59,999 bases of DNA from Chitinophaga pinensis (lineage in GTDB: Bacteria; Bacteroidota; Bacteroidia; AKYH767-A; OLB10), in NCBI GenBank assembly GCA_943332105.1, contig CALQOD010000004.1, positions 1 through 59,999 on the forward strand, written 5' to 3'. The notes under the pieces were generated by a model, which was not told where the DNA came from, did no database searches, and saw only the letters and a program-made list of their open reading frames with translations. Every line of letters begins with the position of its first letter. Within the stretch, counting starts at the first letter, position 1. The position numbers and the translations under genes were made by a program. Shown piece after piece: positions 1-8,383 of this stretch.

Positions 1-144
1 CAAAATGTATAAATCATCATCAAGAACAAAACCAAATCGCAGCGTTTGTCCGTAAACGATAATAATTACAATGGCGAAAACGATTTTAAACAAAAGGGTT
101 GAACTTGCTTTTGTTTTTTCATTTTTTATTTTAGACTTCGACAT
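1..144 (-). CDS. 5' part of a membrane protein, probably TMTC-like/GT-C glycosyltransferase (runs off the left edge; not in ORF track)
   Basis: Manual translation from ATG at 144: MSKSKIKNEKTKASSTLLFKIVFAIVIIIVYGQTLRFGFVLDDDLYIL, open to base 1. Basic N-terminus, one TM helix, then Y-x-x-T-L-x-x-G-F-V-x-D-D, typical of the first loop of TMTC-type GT-C enzymes. Confidence 0.7.
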   Translation of the reverse strand, partial: MSKSKIKNEKTKASSTLLFKIVFAIVIIIVYGQTLRFGFVLDDDLYIL

Positions 145-324
145 TTAAAATTGCGTTGTAGTTGATTGATTCTATTGCAGTCAAAACTACATATAGCTTT
201 TTATCACGTTTTAGTAAAGTAATATTAAAATCATTAGAAAATTAAGTAGGCAATTTTTAAATTATAAACAGCAGAATATGAATTGATGATTTATTAATCG
301 ACAATAATCGACCAAAAATTCATC

Positions 325-356
325 AAAAAAAAATCCCGAGTTTACCTCGGGACTTT
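325..356 (-). terminator. Intrinsic terminator of rplM-rpsI-rpsB-tsf
   Basis: TCCCGAG-tttac-CTCGGGA stem (334-352) followed on the minus strand by 9 T, just downstream of the tsf stop. Confidence 0.85.
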
Positions 357-377
357 AAAACTTAAAACAATATGGAA

Positions 378-1211
378 TTATCCAATTTGTACTCTTTTGA
401 ATACAGATACAGTAAGTCCTTTTTCAATTCCGTCTAAATATTGACCAACTGATTTTTTATCTTCTTTAATGAAAAATTGATTTAATAAAGTGTTTTCTTG
501 ATAGAACTTATTCAATTTACCAGCAGCAATTTTTTCAACCATTTCTTCTGGTTTACCTTCTGCACGAATTTGCTCTTTAGCAATTTCTAATTCTCTTTCA
601 ATCGTTTCAGAATCAACATCATCTTTATTAATTGCAACTGGACTCATTGCAGCAATTTGCATAGCTACATCTTTTCCAGCTGACTCAGGTGCTGAAGCAC
701 TTGATAATCCAACCATTGAAGCTAATCGATTTCCTGGGTGATTATACGCAATTACTTTTGGTGCCTCAATAATTTCATAACGAGAAATTTCGATTTTCTC
801 ACCAATCTTACCTACCATATCAAATACTTTATCATTAACAGTAGCGCCATCAAATGGCAATGCTTTTAATGCTTCAGCATCGGATGGATTATTAGCTATT
901 GCTACATCTAATATTCCTTGGGCGAAGTTAACGAAATCTTGATTTTTAGCCACGAAATCAGTTTCACAAGATATAGCTACTAAATAGCCTTTGGTTCCTT
1001 CAGAATTTGTTTGAGCGATAATATACCCTTCTTTTGCATCACGATCTGCTCGGTTAGCAGCTACTTTCTGACCTTTCTTACGAAGATTATCGATGGCTTT
1101 TTCGAAATCACCTTCGGCTTCTGATAAGGCCTTCTTACAGTCCATCATTCCGGCGCCGGTAATTTGACGTAATTTATTTACATCAGCAGCGGTAATAGTT
1201 GCGGTTGACAT
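378..1211 (-). CDS. tsf: Elongation factor Ts
   Basis: LRQITGAGMMDCKKAL and ETDFVAKN signatures; follows rpsB. Confidence 0.98.
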   Translation of the reverse strand: MSTATITAADVNKLRQITGAGMMDCKKALSEAEGDFEKAIDNLRKKGQKVAANRADRDAKEGYIIAQTNSEGTKGYLVAISCETDFVAKNQDFVNFAQGILDVAIANNPSDAEALKALPFDGATVNDKVFDMVGKIGEKIEISRYEIIEAPKVIAYNHPGNRLASMVGLSSASAPESAGKDVAMQIAAMSPVAINKDDVDSETIERELEIAKEQIRAEGKPEEMVEKIAAGKLNKFYQENTLLNQFFIKEDKKSVGQYLDGIEKGLTVSVFKRVQIG

Positions 1212-1243
1212 GATTTTATATTTTTTAGATTTTATTATTTATA

Positions 1244-1274
1244 GATAGCGGGATGATGTTCTCACCCCGCTATC
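1244..1274 (-). other. Intercistronic stem-loop between rpsB and tsf
   Basis: GATAGCGGG (1244-1252) and CCCGCTATC (1266-1274) are perfect inverted repeats; no long U tract follows on the minus strand. Confidence 0.6.
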
Positions 1275-1295
1275 AAATTTTATATCACTTACTAG

Positions 1296-2135
1296 TTATT
1301 TTTTAGGAGTGTTTTTACGAGAACGTAGCCCTGTACCCTTTTTCTTTTCACCGCCTTCTGATGTTTCTTCATCTGCTGTAGCTACGACACTATCTTTTGC
1401 TATTTCTTCATTAGCCGCATCACGCTCGCGCTCTTGTTCTTTATCAACTTTACGCTCTGATAATCCTTCTTCGATTGAACGAACCATGCAGTTCAAAATT
1501 AATTCAATTGATTTTGAAGCATCATCATTAGCTGGAATTGGGAAATCAATTAATGATGGATCACTATTAGTATCACAGATTGCAATAGTTGGGATTCCTA
1601 GTTTTATTGCTTCGTCAACAGCGATATGTTCTTTCACTGTATCTACGATGAATAAAGCTGCTGGAAGTCTGTTCAAATCAGCGATTGACCCAATCAACTT
1701 TTCCATCTTTGCTTTCTGACGAGAAATCTGAAGGCGCTCTTTTTTGGAAACAACCGATAAAGTTCCATCGCTCATCATCTTATCTAAATTTGCCATCTTT
1801 TTAACGGACTTACGCTGAGTAGCAAAGTTCGTTAACATACCACCTGGCCAACGCTCAGTGATATAAGGCATATTTACTGATTTAGATGCATTAGCAACTA
1901 TTTCTTTTGCTTGTTTTTTTGTTGCGACAAACAAGATTTTCTTGCCTGACTTTGCGATTTGTTTAACTGCTGCTGCTGCTTCTTCAAGCTTTGCATGAGT
2001 TTTATTTAAATCGATTATATGAATACCATTGCGCTCCATAAAGATGTATGCGCCCATTTTGGGGTTCCATTTACGCTTCAAGTGTCCGAAGTGAACACCG
2101 GCATTTAGAAGTTCTTCTTGCGTTACGTTTATCAT
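1296..2135 (-). CDS. rpsB: 30S ribosomal protein S2
   Basis: AGVHFGH, RWPGGMLTNF and PANDDA motifs. Confidence 0.98.
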   Translation of the reverse strand: MINVTQEELLNAGVHFGHLKRKWNPKMGAYIFMERNGIHIIDLNKTHAKLEEAAAAVKQIAKSGKKILFVATKKQAKEIVANASKSVNMPYITERWPGGMLTNFATQRKSVKKMANLDKMMSDGTLSVVSKKERLQISRQKAKMEKLIGSIADLNRLPAALFIVDTVKEHIAVDEAIKLGIPTIAICDTNSDPSLIDFPIPANDDASKSIELILNCMVRSIEEGLSERKVDKEQERERDAANEEIAKDSVVATADEETSEGGEKKKGTGLRSRKNTPKK

Positions 2136-2167
2136 TACGCTATTTGTATGCTGAGGGATGAGTAATA

Positions 2168-2554
2168 TTAACGTTTAGAGAATTGGAAGCGACGACGCGC
2201 TTTGCGTTGACCGTATTTCTTACGCTCAACCATACGAGGGTCACGAGTAAGTAATCCGTTAGATTTTAATGCAGGACGATATTCAGCATTGATTTTACAC
2301 AACGCACGGGCAATAGCCATACGGATAGCTTCCGCCTGACCATTATATCCTCCTCCTCCAACATTAATTGTTACATCATATTGCTCTTTAGTGTTTGAAA
2401 TTTCAAACGCTTGTTGAACCAATATTTGTAATGGCATTGTTGGGAAATATTCCTTGTAATCGCGGCTATTAACCGAGATGGTTCCGTTACCCGGCTTTAC
2501 ATAAACGCGGGCTACTGCTGTTTTACGGCGACCAATTGTATGAGTGATTTCCAT
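2168..2554 (-). CDS. rpsI: 30S ribosomal protein S9
   Basis: GRRKTAVARV; C-terminal ERKKYG...QFSKR. Confidence 0.98.
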   Translation of the reverse strand: MEITHTIGRRKTAVARVYVKPGNGTISVNSRDYKEYFPTMPLQILVQQAFEISNTKEQYDVTINVGGGGYNGQAEAIRMAIARALCKINAEYRPALKSNGLLTRDPRMVERKKYGQRKARRRFQFSKR

Positions 2555-2565
2555 GTAGATTTATA

Positions 2566-3015
2566 TCAATACTTAAGAGTTACTGCTTTAGGTTGCTGTG
2601 CTGCATGCGGATGTTCTGTACCAGCGTACAAGTAAAGATTTCCTTTTATAGCATTTCCTAAACGATTTCTAGGAATCATTCCGTAAATCGCTTTTTCAAG
2701 AACTATTGTTGGTTTAACTGCAATTAGTTTTGCAGGAGTAATTCTACGTTGCCCACCTGGATAACCAGTATGGCGAACATACTCCTTCATTGTCCACTTG
2801 CGACCAGTAAGACGAATCTTATCCGCGTTGATGATGATTACATTGTCTCCACAATCTACATGCGGGGTGTAATTCGGTCTATGCTTTCCACGAAGAATAA
2901 TTGCAGCCTGAGAAGCAAAACGACCTAATACTTGGTCTTTCGCATCTAGCACAACCCACTCCTTCGTAGCTGTCTTGGCATTTGCCGAAATCGTTTTATA
3001 ACTTAACGTATTCAC
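2566..3015 (-). CDS. rplM: 50S ribosomal protein L13 (GTG start)
   Basis: LRGKHRPNYTPHVDCGD, HTGYPGG, HPHAAQQP. Confidence 0.98.
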   Translation of the reverse strand: MNTLSYKTISANAKTATKEWVVLDAKDQVLGRFASQAAIILRGKHRPNYTPHVDCGDNVIIINADKIRLTGRKWTMKEYVRHTGYPGGQRRITPAKLIAVKPTIVLEKAIYGMIPRNRLGNAIKGNLYLYAGTEHPHAAQQPKAVTLKY

Positions 3016-3053
3016 GATGTTAATTTTTATTAATGTGATTTTCTAAGGGGTTG

Positions 3054-3061
3054 CAAAATTA
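3054..3061 (-). promoter_or_regulatory. Bacteroidota -7 box (TAATTTTG) for the rplM operon
   Basis: Exact TAnnTTTG match on the minus strand, ending 38 nt before the rplM start. Confidence 0.7.
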
Positions 3062-3319
3062 GAAATATTTATTACAATAACAAAACATATCAACATTTTT
3101 TTTGATATTTTAATGTATTGAAAAGTAGCATTTTAAATAGTTCAATGAACCAAAGAGTGCCGTTTCTCGATTTTGGAATCATCCCAAATGTGGAAAATAG
3201 CGAGATTAAAGTTATTCACTTTTTATCAGTTTTGAGAGATAAAATAGATTCAAAAACTTGGCAAAAAAAATAGCCGAATATTTATGCCTCAATATCAGAT
3301 TTAGAATTCTTAAATGGCA

Positions 3320-4060
3320 TTAATCTACCTTTCGGGAAACAGCAATCGTCGATAATCCTAACTTAAAAAAAGTAATTTTATCTATCCACTTTGCTATCGG
3401 CACCAACCGATTATAAAACTTCATGTCCCCGCCAGCAATCACCCCTTTTCTTGAAAACAGTCCTCCATAAATCCAGGCTGCTATTCCCAAACTATTAAAC
3501 CCCTTAACCGACTCTAATATCAATGGAGCAGTGTGCATTAACTTTCCTAAATCTCTGAACCCATATCTTTTAAAATGAAACAGGTTACGATCTATTTTAT
3601 TATAAAGCAATGCATGAGCTGGAACTAGAATTATCAATTTACCGCCTGCACTCAACAACTTAGTTGCGTTTCGAATAGCTAAACTGTCGTTTTCTATGTG
3701 CTCAATAACATTTAACGCAAAAACAGTTTTAAATTTTCCGAAATAGCCGTGAAATTTTTCATCAAAATTTTTATCTACTAGGTCGAGCTGTATGACTTCC
3801 TGCTCTTTTTCTGAGAACCCTCTCTTTAAAAAATCTATATATTCCAATCTGATATCCGTCATCATCAGCGAATGGCCTTCCGCTATACAACATTTTGAAA
3901 TATTACCTATTCCACTCCCTATTTCTAAAACAGGCGATTCAATATATGCTGCAATCTGACTGTACATCCATTTATTAAACGCATCCGCATCCTGTAATGC
4001 CTGCAGCGTTTCCAGTCCTTCGGCATCGTGCTCCTTAAATTTAAAATGCCGACTACTCAT
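3320..4060 (-). CDS. Class I SAM-dependent methyltransferase (GT2-associated type)
   Basis: VLEIGSGIG SAM motif, NVIEHIEND, LVPAH...HFKRY; start overlaps the GT2 stop at 4060. Confidence 0.85.
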   Translation of the reverse strand: MSSRHFKFKEHDAEGLETLQALQDADAFNKWMYSQIAAYIESPVLEIGSGIGNISKCCIAEGHSLMMTDIRLEYIDFLKRGFSEKEQEVIQLDLVDKNFDEKFHGYFGKFKTVFALNVIEHIENDSLAIRNATKLLSAGGKLIILVPAHALLYNKIDRNLFHFKRYGFRDLGKLMHTAPLILESVKGFNSLGIAAWIYGGLFSRKGVIAGGDMKFYNRLVPIAKWIDKITFFKLGLSTIAVSRKVD

Positions 4061-4776
4061 TAACCAAATAGGTTATATTTAAGAATGCAATAAATTGCGC
4101 GAAAACCATCCTTCCAATTAATCTTCTTCCCTTCCTCGTAAGTACGACCATAATAGGATATACCCACTTCATAAATCCGAATGTTTGGAATCTTGGCAAT
4201 CTTAGCCGTAACCTCTGGCTCAAATCCAAAGCGATTTTCTTTTAATTGAATTGACTGTATAGTTTCCCTTTTAAATACTTTATAGCATGTTTCCATGTCG
4301 GTTAAATTTAAATTGGATAACATATTTGAAGTAAATGTCAATATTTTATTTCCGAGAGTATGCCAGAAAAACAAAATACGATGCGGCTTCCCTCCAATAA
4401 AACGAGAGCCGTAAACCACATCCGCAAAACCATCTAAAATCGGTTTTAATAAACTATTATACTCTAATGGGTCATACTCCAAATCGGCATCCTGAATAAT
4501 TACATAATCGCCAGTTGCTTCTTTAATGCCTCTGTGAAGAGCCGCGCCTTTTCCCATATTTCTTTCTTGAGTAAAAAGTATTACAGGAAAATCCGGGTTA
4601 GCTAATAGATAGTTATGTATTGAATCTATGGTCGTGTCTGTTGAACAATCATTCACAATAATAATTTCCATCTTAATATCATTAATCAAATTAACAGATT
4701 TGATTTTATCCAATATAAGATGAATTGTGCGTGCTTCGTTATAAGCGGGGATTACAACTGATAAAATTTGTGTCAT
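4060..4776 (-). CDS. GT2 glycosyltransferase, DPM1/polyprenol-phosphate sugar synthase-like
   Basis: [30 protein letters not shown] (DxD), VYGSRF, DMETCYK, FGFEPE; no C-terminal TM. Confidence 0.92.
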   Translation of the reverse strand: MTQILSVVIPAYNEARTIHLILDKIKSVNLINDIKMEIIIVNDCSTDTTIDSIHNYLLANPDFPVILFTQERNMGKGAALHRGIKEATGDYVIIQDADLEYDPLEYNSLLKPILDGFADVVYGSRFIGGKPHRILFFWHTLGNKILTFTSNMLSNLNLTDMETCYKVFKRETIQSIQLKENRFGFEPEVTAKIAKIPNIRIYEVGISYYGRTYEEGKKINWKDGFRAIYCILKYNLFG

Positions 4777-4842
4777 AAAAATGAATTTAATGATGCGAAT
4801 TTAATAATTTAAAATGTTTAACCTATTAAAGCCTAATTAAGT

Positions 4843-4850
4843 TAGTTTTG
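4843..4850 (+). promoter_or_regulatory. -7 box (TAGTTTTG) for the GH5-like gene
   Basis: Exact TAnnTTTG match ending 33 nt before ATG 4884; a divergent TAAATTCG variant (4796-4803, minus) faces the GT2 gene. Confidence 0.6.
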
Positions 4851-4883
4851 CGTCGATCAACTTATTAGATGTCCTGAATTATT

Positions 4884-6395
4884 ATGAAAAAAATTCTGGT
4901 GTTTTTTATTTTTTTGTGTTTAGTGGGGTGGGGTTATTTTTATCTTGAATATAAAAGATCCTCTCCTTATATTGAGCCACATAAGGTAGAAAGCAAATTT
5001 GCTACTATACAAAACAAACAATTTTATTTAGATGGGAAACCATTCTATCCTAAAGTAATAAATTTTGTAGTTTCACTACGCGTGAATGACACTGCTATGT
5101 GGCCAGCCATTTATGTTGGATATGGCCCTAAGGGTCAATTCGGTTATGAAGATAAAATTTCAAGTCTAAACGATTTACAAGCTCACTTGAACTTAGTCAA
5201 AGACCTTGGCTATAATACAGTGCGCCTAGTTGGCATTGGCGAACCAGAACTTCGGGATCGAATAACAGGCCGAATTAATTTTAAAGCCAGCTATGGTGAT
5301 AATCACAATTATTGTCTATACCTGAATAACGATAACGACTATACGAAGTATTTAACTGCACTTGATGAATTAATGCAGGCTGTGAAAAATGCTGGTTTAA
5401 AAGCAATATTTACAACGCGCTTATTTAAAGAGTCACAGGAAACAGAAATAAATCTGGAAAAGATTACCAGTCATTTTAAAGATAATACTTCATTATTGGC
5501 TTATGATTTTTTTAATGAGCCTTTGTATTTCGATTCATTAGAAAGAAAAAAAGAAGATGTTTATTACATTACTTTAAAATGGCAAAAGATTGCTAAGAAG
5601 AATGACCCCAACCATTTGACGACAATCGGACTTGCCAATCAAAGAGAGTTATTTGAATGGGATCCGAATTTGATGAACGTAGATTTCATTTCTTTTCACC
5701 CTTACGAATTTGAAAAGGACCAAGTGCGGAATGAAATGTATTGGTACTCTCGTTTTGTTAAAAAACCATGGATTATTGGTGAAACCGGAATTCCTGCGGA
5801 CAATGATTCAGTGAAATATGGGGCGCAAGTTGAATTTGCGAAAAAAACTATGTTGCAAAATTATAATTGTGGCGGTATGGGCTATTCGTGGTGGCAATTT
5901 AAAGATGTAGACTGGAATATTTATCATCAGAATTTTCTTGGAGTTTTAAGTTGGACTGGAGAAACAAAAACAAGTAAAGGTGAAATAGTAAATGGTACCC
6001 CAAAACCAGTTAATAAAGCCATCAACGATTTTGATGTAAAACAAAAAAAGGGCAAGTGTGATTGCTTATCAAATTATTACAATTTTAGCAATAATAATAA
6101 ATATCGTGTGACTGGTAAGATGGTTAATGAGAACGGGAAACCTATTGAAGGTGGAGAAATATTAGCATGGGATGAATGGTGGATTAATCATCACGTAACT
6201 ACAACAAAAGCAGATGGCACTTTTGAGCTATACAGTGAATACTCATTTTACCATTGGATGATTGCTGGTCCGCTATACGATCGTATTCGCGGCGACTTTA
6301 AACCAGATACAGCATTCGTTGGTAAAGATGGTATTCCTACTTTAAGAATGGGTACAATAAAGCTTAAAAAACTTGAAGTATCAGCGGTTCAATAA
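4884..6395 (+). CDS. Membrane-anchored clan GH-A glycoside hydrolase (GH5-like) with C-terminal beta-sandwich (carboxypeptidase-regulatory-like) domain
   Basis: N-terminal hydrophobic anchor; GYNTVRL, AYDFFNEP (acid/base Glu), DFISFHPY, KPWIIGETG (nucleophile Glu); C-terminal VTGKMVNENGKPIEG...TTTKADGTFEL. Confidence 0.8.
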   Translation: MKKILVFFIFLCLVGWGYFYLEYKRSSPYIEPHKVESKFATIQNKQFYLDGKPFYPKVINFVVSLRVNDTAMWPAIYVGYGPKGQFGYEDKISSLNDLQAHLNLVKDLGYNTVRLVGIGEPELRDRITGRINFKASYGDNHNYCLYLNNDNDYTKYLTALDELMQAVKNAGLKAIFTTRLFKESQETEINLEKITSHFKDNTSLLAYDFFNEPLYFDSLERKKEDVYYITLKWQKIAKKNDPNHLTTIGLANQRELFEWDPNLMNVDFISFHPYEFEKDQVRNEMYWYSRFVKKPWIIGETGIPADNDSVKYGAQVEFAKKTMLQNYNCGGMGYSWWQFKDVDWNIYHQNFLGVLSWTGETKTSKGEIVNGTPKPVNKAINDFDVKQKKGKCDCLSNYYNFSNNNKYRVTGKMVNENGKPIEGGEILAWDEWWINHHVTTTKADGTFELYSEYSFYHWMIAGPLYDRIRGDFKPDTAFVGKDGIPTLRMGTIKLKKLEVSAVQ

Positions 6396-8383
6396 TACAA
6401 AGGTGTTTCAAAAACAAACCCCGATTTATTAGTTGGTAATTTATCAAAGCTTCTTAATGTTCCATCTTTTTCCAATGATAAATAATTATTATTAAACGTT
6501 TTTATTACAAAACTACCATTAGGCAATTTGGTTAATTTAAAGCGTTCCCATTCGCCTACTCCATCGCGATTAGCCACCATCAAACCATTATCAAAAAATT
6601 CAGCGCAGGCATATTTACCATTGGCAGCACGAAAAACAGAAGTACTGTCTTCAATTTGCGCGGACTCGAATAAATCACCATCATTCAGATTAACCCCATT
6701 GGCAATTAATTTATCACCATGGCCCTTATCTATTTTAAGGTATTTCCCATTAGCACATTTTATTTTTACATAACTGCGATGTAAAAAGCGCGCATTATCT
6801 TCACTAACAACAACAACATCATTGATAGATTTATTATTTATGGATAGCCATGCCGTGAGCGAGTCTAATCCTTCTCCATCAAAAAACCCTTTGTATTTAT
6901 CAGGGTAAAGTCCTGTGTAAGCATTAACGCAGGGCACATTTAAATCCTGACAGGCAATCATAACATCTAAATGGTTGTATGGTTCTTGGCCAATTAAATT
7001 ATAATGTTGGTATGCTATTGCCTTATTACCTATAACATACTTTTGAATTCGGTCTTTCGTTTCTTTTTCTCGTTGCTGAACTTCTTGTTTTTTATATTGA
7101 CGCTCCCAGTAAGAAGTTGAATTATCAATAACAACTAACAGCGGTAATAATAACAATATGTTTTTATACTTACTTTTCTCGAATACTTTTAATACTGCCA
7201 TCATCAAGATTACGATCAAAATGATTTCAGCATTGATAATACGATTGATGGAACGCATGGATCCAAAACCCGGAAGATTGAAAAAGAATTTATAAAGTGT
7301 AAATCCATTTATGTTTAAAGTAAATACAACCAACAACAAAAGACTTAATAGAATGAATAATAGTTCTTTTTTATTTGTCGCTTTTCGATAGGCAAATGGG
7401 AATAAAAGAATTCCTAAATATGCTATTAATCCTGGGAATAAAAACAGCTCCCACCAATTGCCTCCTTGGTCTCGTATATGCCAGCTAAGAAATCTCCACA
7501 TTGCAGATTCAGGAATGGCTGAAAAATAAGATCTCCATGTTGGAATATAGCTCAATACTTCTTCGAAATTGCGATAGCCAAAACGACTACTGATTTCCAT
7601 GTAGGGAATAAACATGGGCATTAACAAAAGTGTTCCTATAACAATTGTAAGCAGATGTTTGAAAATGTTTTTCCATTCTTTGAGCCAAGAAAATAATTGC
7701 TTGTCGCGATATACCATGAGATACGCCAAAAAAACAAACAACAAAATGTAAATAATAAAAAATCCTAAATAAATACCACAGTAAAACTGATAAACTACTC
7801 CTATAGTAAGTAAATAAAATGATTTTAGATTTTTATTTTTTAACCAATTCCAGAACCAATAAATAATTAATGGAATCACAAAGCGTGGAAACACCTGGGC
7901 ATGATTTATATGCGTTAAAATTAATATTGAAAATGAAAATATGTATGCTCCAACTGATGATAATAAAGTAGATTCAGACCATTTTTTTAAAGCCCAATAA
8001 GCACAGATAAAATTTAAAACAAAGAGTGAAAAAAACCATAATTGGAAAGAAGTTTCCCTATCGCATTTCATTAATCTGAATACTGAATATAATGGAACGG
8101 TTCCCAGTAAATTATCCGAATAGGCGATTACGTTTTTTTCAGGATACATAAATGGTGCATCCCAATAATTGGAAACTTTGCCTGACAGAAAATTATATCC
8201 GTGTTCTAAAATATAATTATTAAAACGAGAGTCGCCTTTATCGCCAGGCATTACTGATAAATCGCGTTGTAATATATCTAAAGGGAAAAGCCAGACACCT
8301 ACTACCAACAAAACAAATGGTAATAGGGAACTCACTTGTATTTCTTTGTTAAAATAATTCCTGATCCTAGAAATCAATGTCAT
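6389..8383 (-). CDS. Polytopic GT-C-like glycosyltransferase with C-terminal fascin-like beta-trefoil domain
   Basis: About 10-12 hydrophobic segments; acidic first loop PGDKGDSRF...WDAPFMYP...AYSDNLLG; C-terminal repeats IKCANGKYL, FRAANGKYACAE...VANRDGVGEWERF, IKTFNNNYL. Confidence 0.72.
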   Translation of the reverse strand: MTLISRIRNYFNKEIQVSSLLPFVLLVVGVWLFPLDILQRDLSVMPGDKGDSRFNNYILEHGYNFLSGKVSNYWDAPFMYPEKNVIAYSDNLLGTVPLYSVFRLMKCDRETSFQLWFFSLFVLNFICAYWALKKWSESTLLSSVGAYIFSFSILILTHINHAQVFPRFVIPLIIYWFWNWLKNKNLKSFYLLTIGVVYQFYCGIYLGFFIIYILLFVFLAYLMVYRDKQLFSWLKEWKNIFKHLLTIVIGTLLLMPMFIPYMEISSRFGYRNFEEVLSYIPTWRSYFSAIPESAMWRFLSWHIRDQGGNWWELFLFPGLIAYLGILLFPFAYRKATNKKELLFILLSLLLLVVFTLNINGFTLYKFFFNLPGFGSMRSINRIINAEIILIVILMMAVLKVFEKSKYKNILLLLPLLVVIDNSTSYWERQYKKQEVQQREKETKDRIQKYVIGNKAIAYQHYNLIGQEPYNHLDVMIACQDLNVPCVNAYTGLYPDKYKGFFDGEGLDSLTAWLSINNKSINDVVVVSEDNARFLHRSYVKIKCANGKYLKIDKGHGDKLIANGVNLNDGDLFESAQIEDSTSVFRAANGKYACAEFFDNGLMVANRDGVGEWERFKLTKLPNGSFVIKTFNNNYLSLEKDGTLRSFDKLPTNKSGFVFETPLYY

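Noticed and set aside
295-312. TAATCGAC direct repeat at 10-nt spacing (similar TAATCG pair at 45035-45054)
   Set aside because: Too short, spacing differs between the two sites, and no cognate regulator is nearby.
2136-2167. Possible S2 autoregulatory leader before rpsB
   Set aside because: The spacer is only 32 nt with no convincing structure.
3016-3319. Replication origin in the AT-rich gap upstream of rplM
   Set aside because: Only two DnaA-like boxes, no dnaA/dnaN/gidA context, and no skew analysis was possible.
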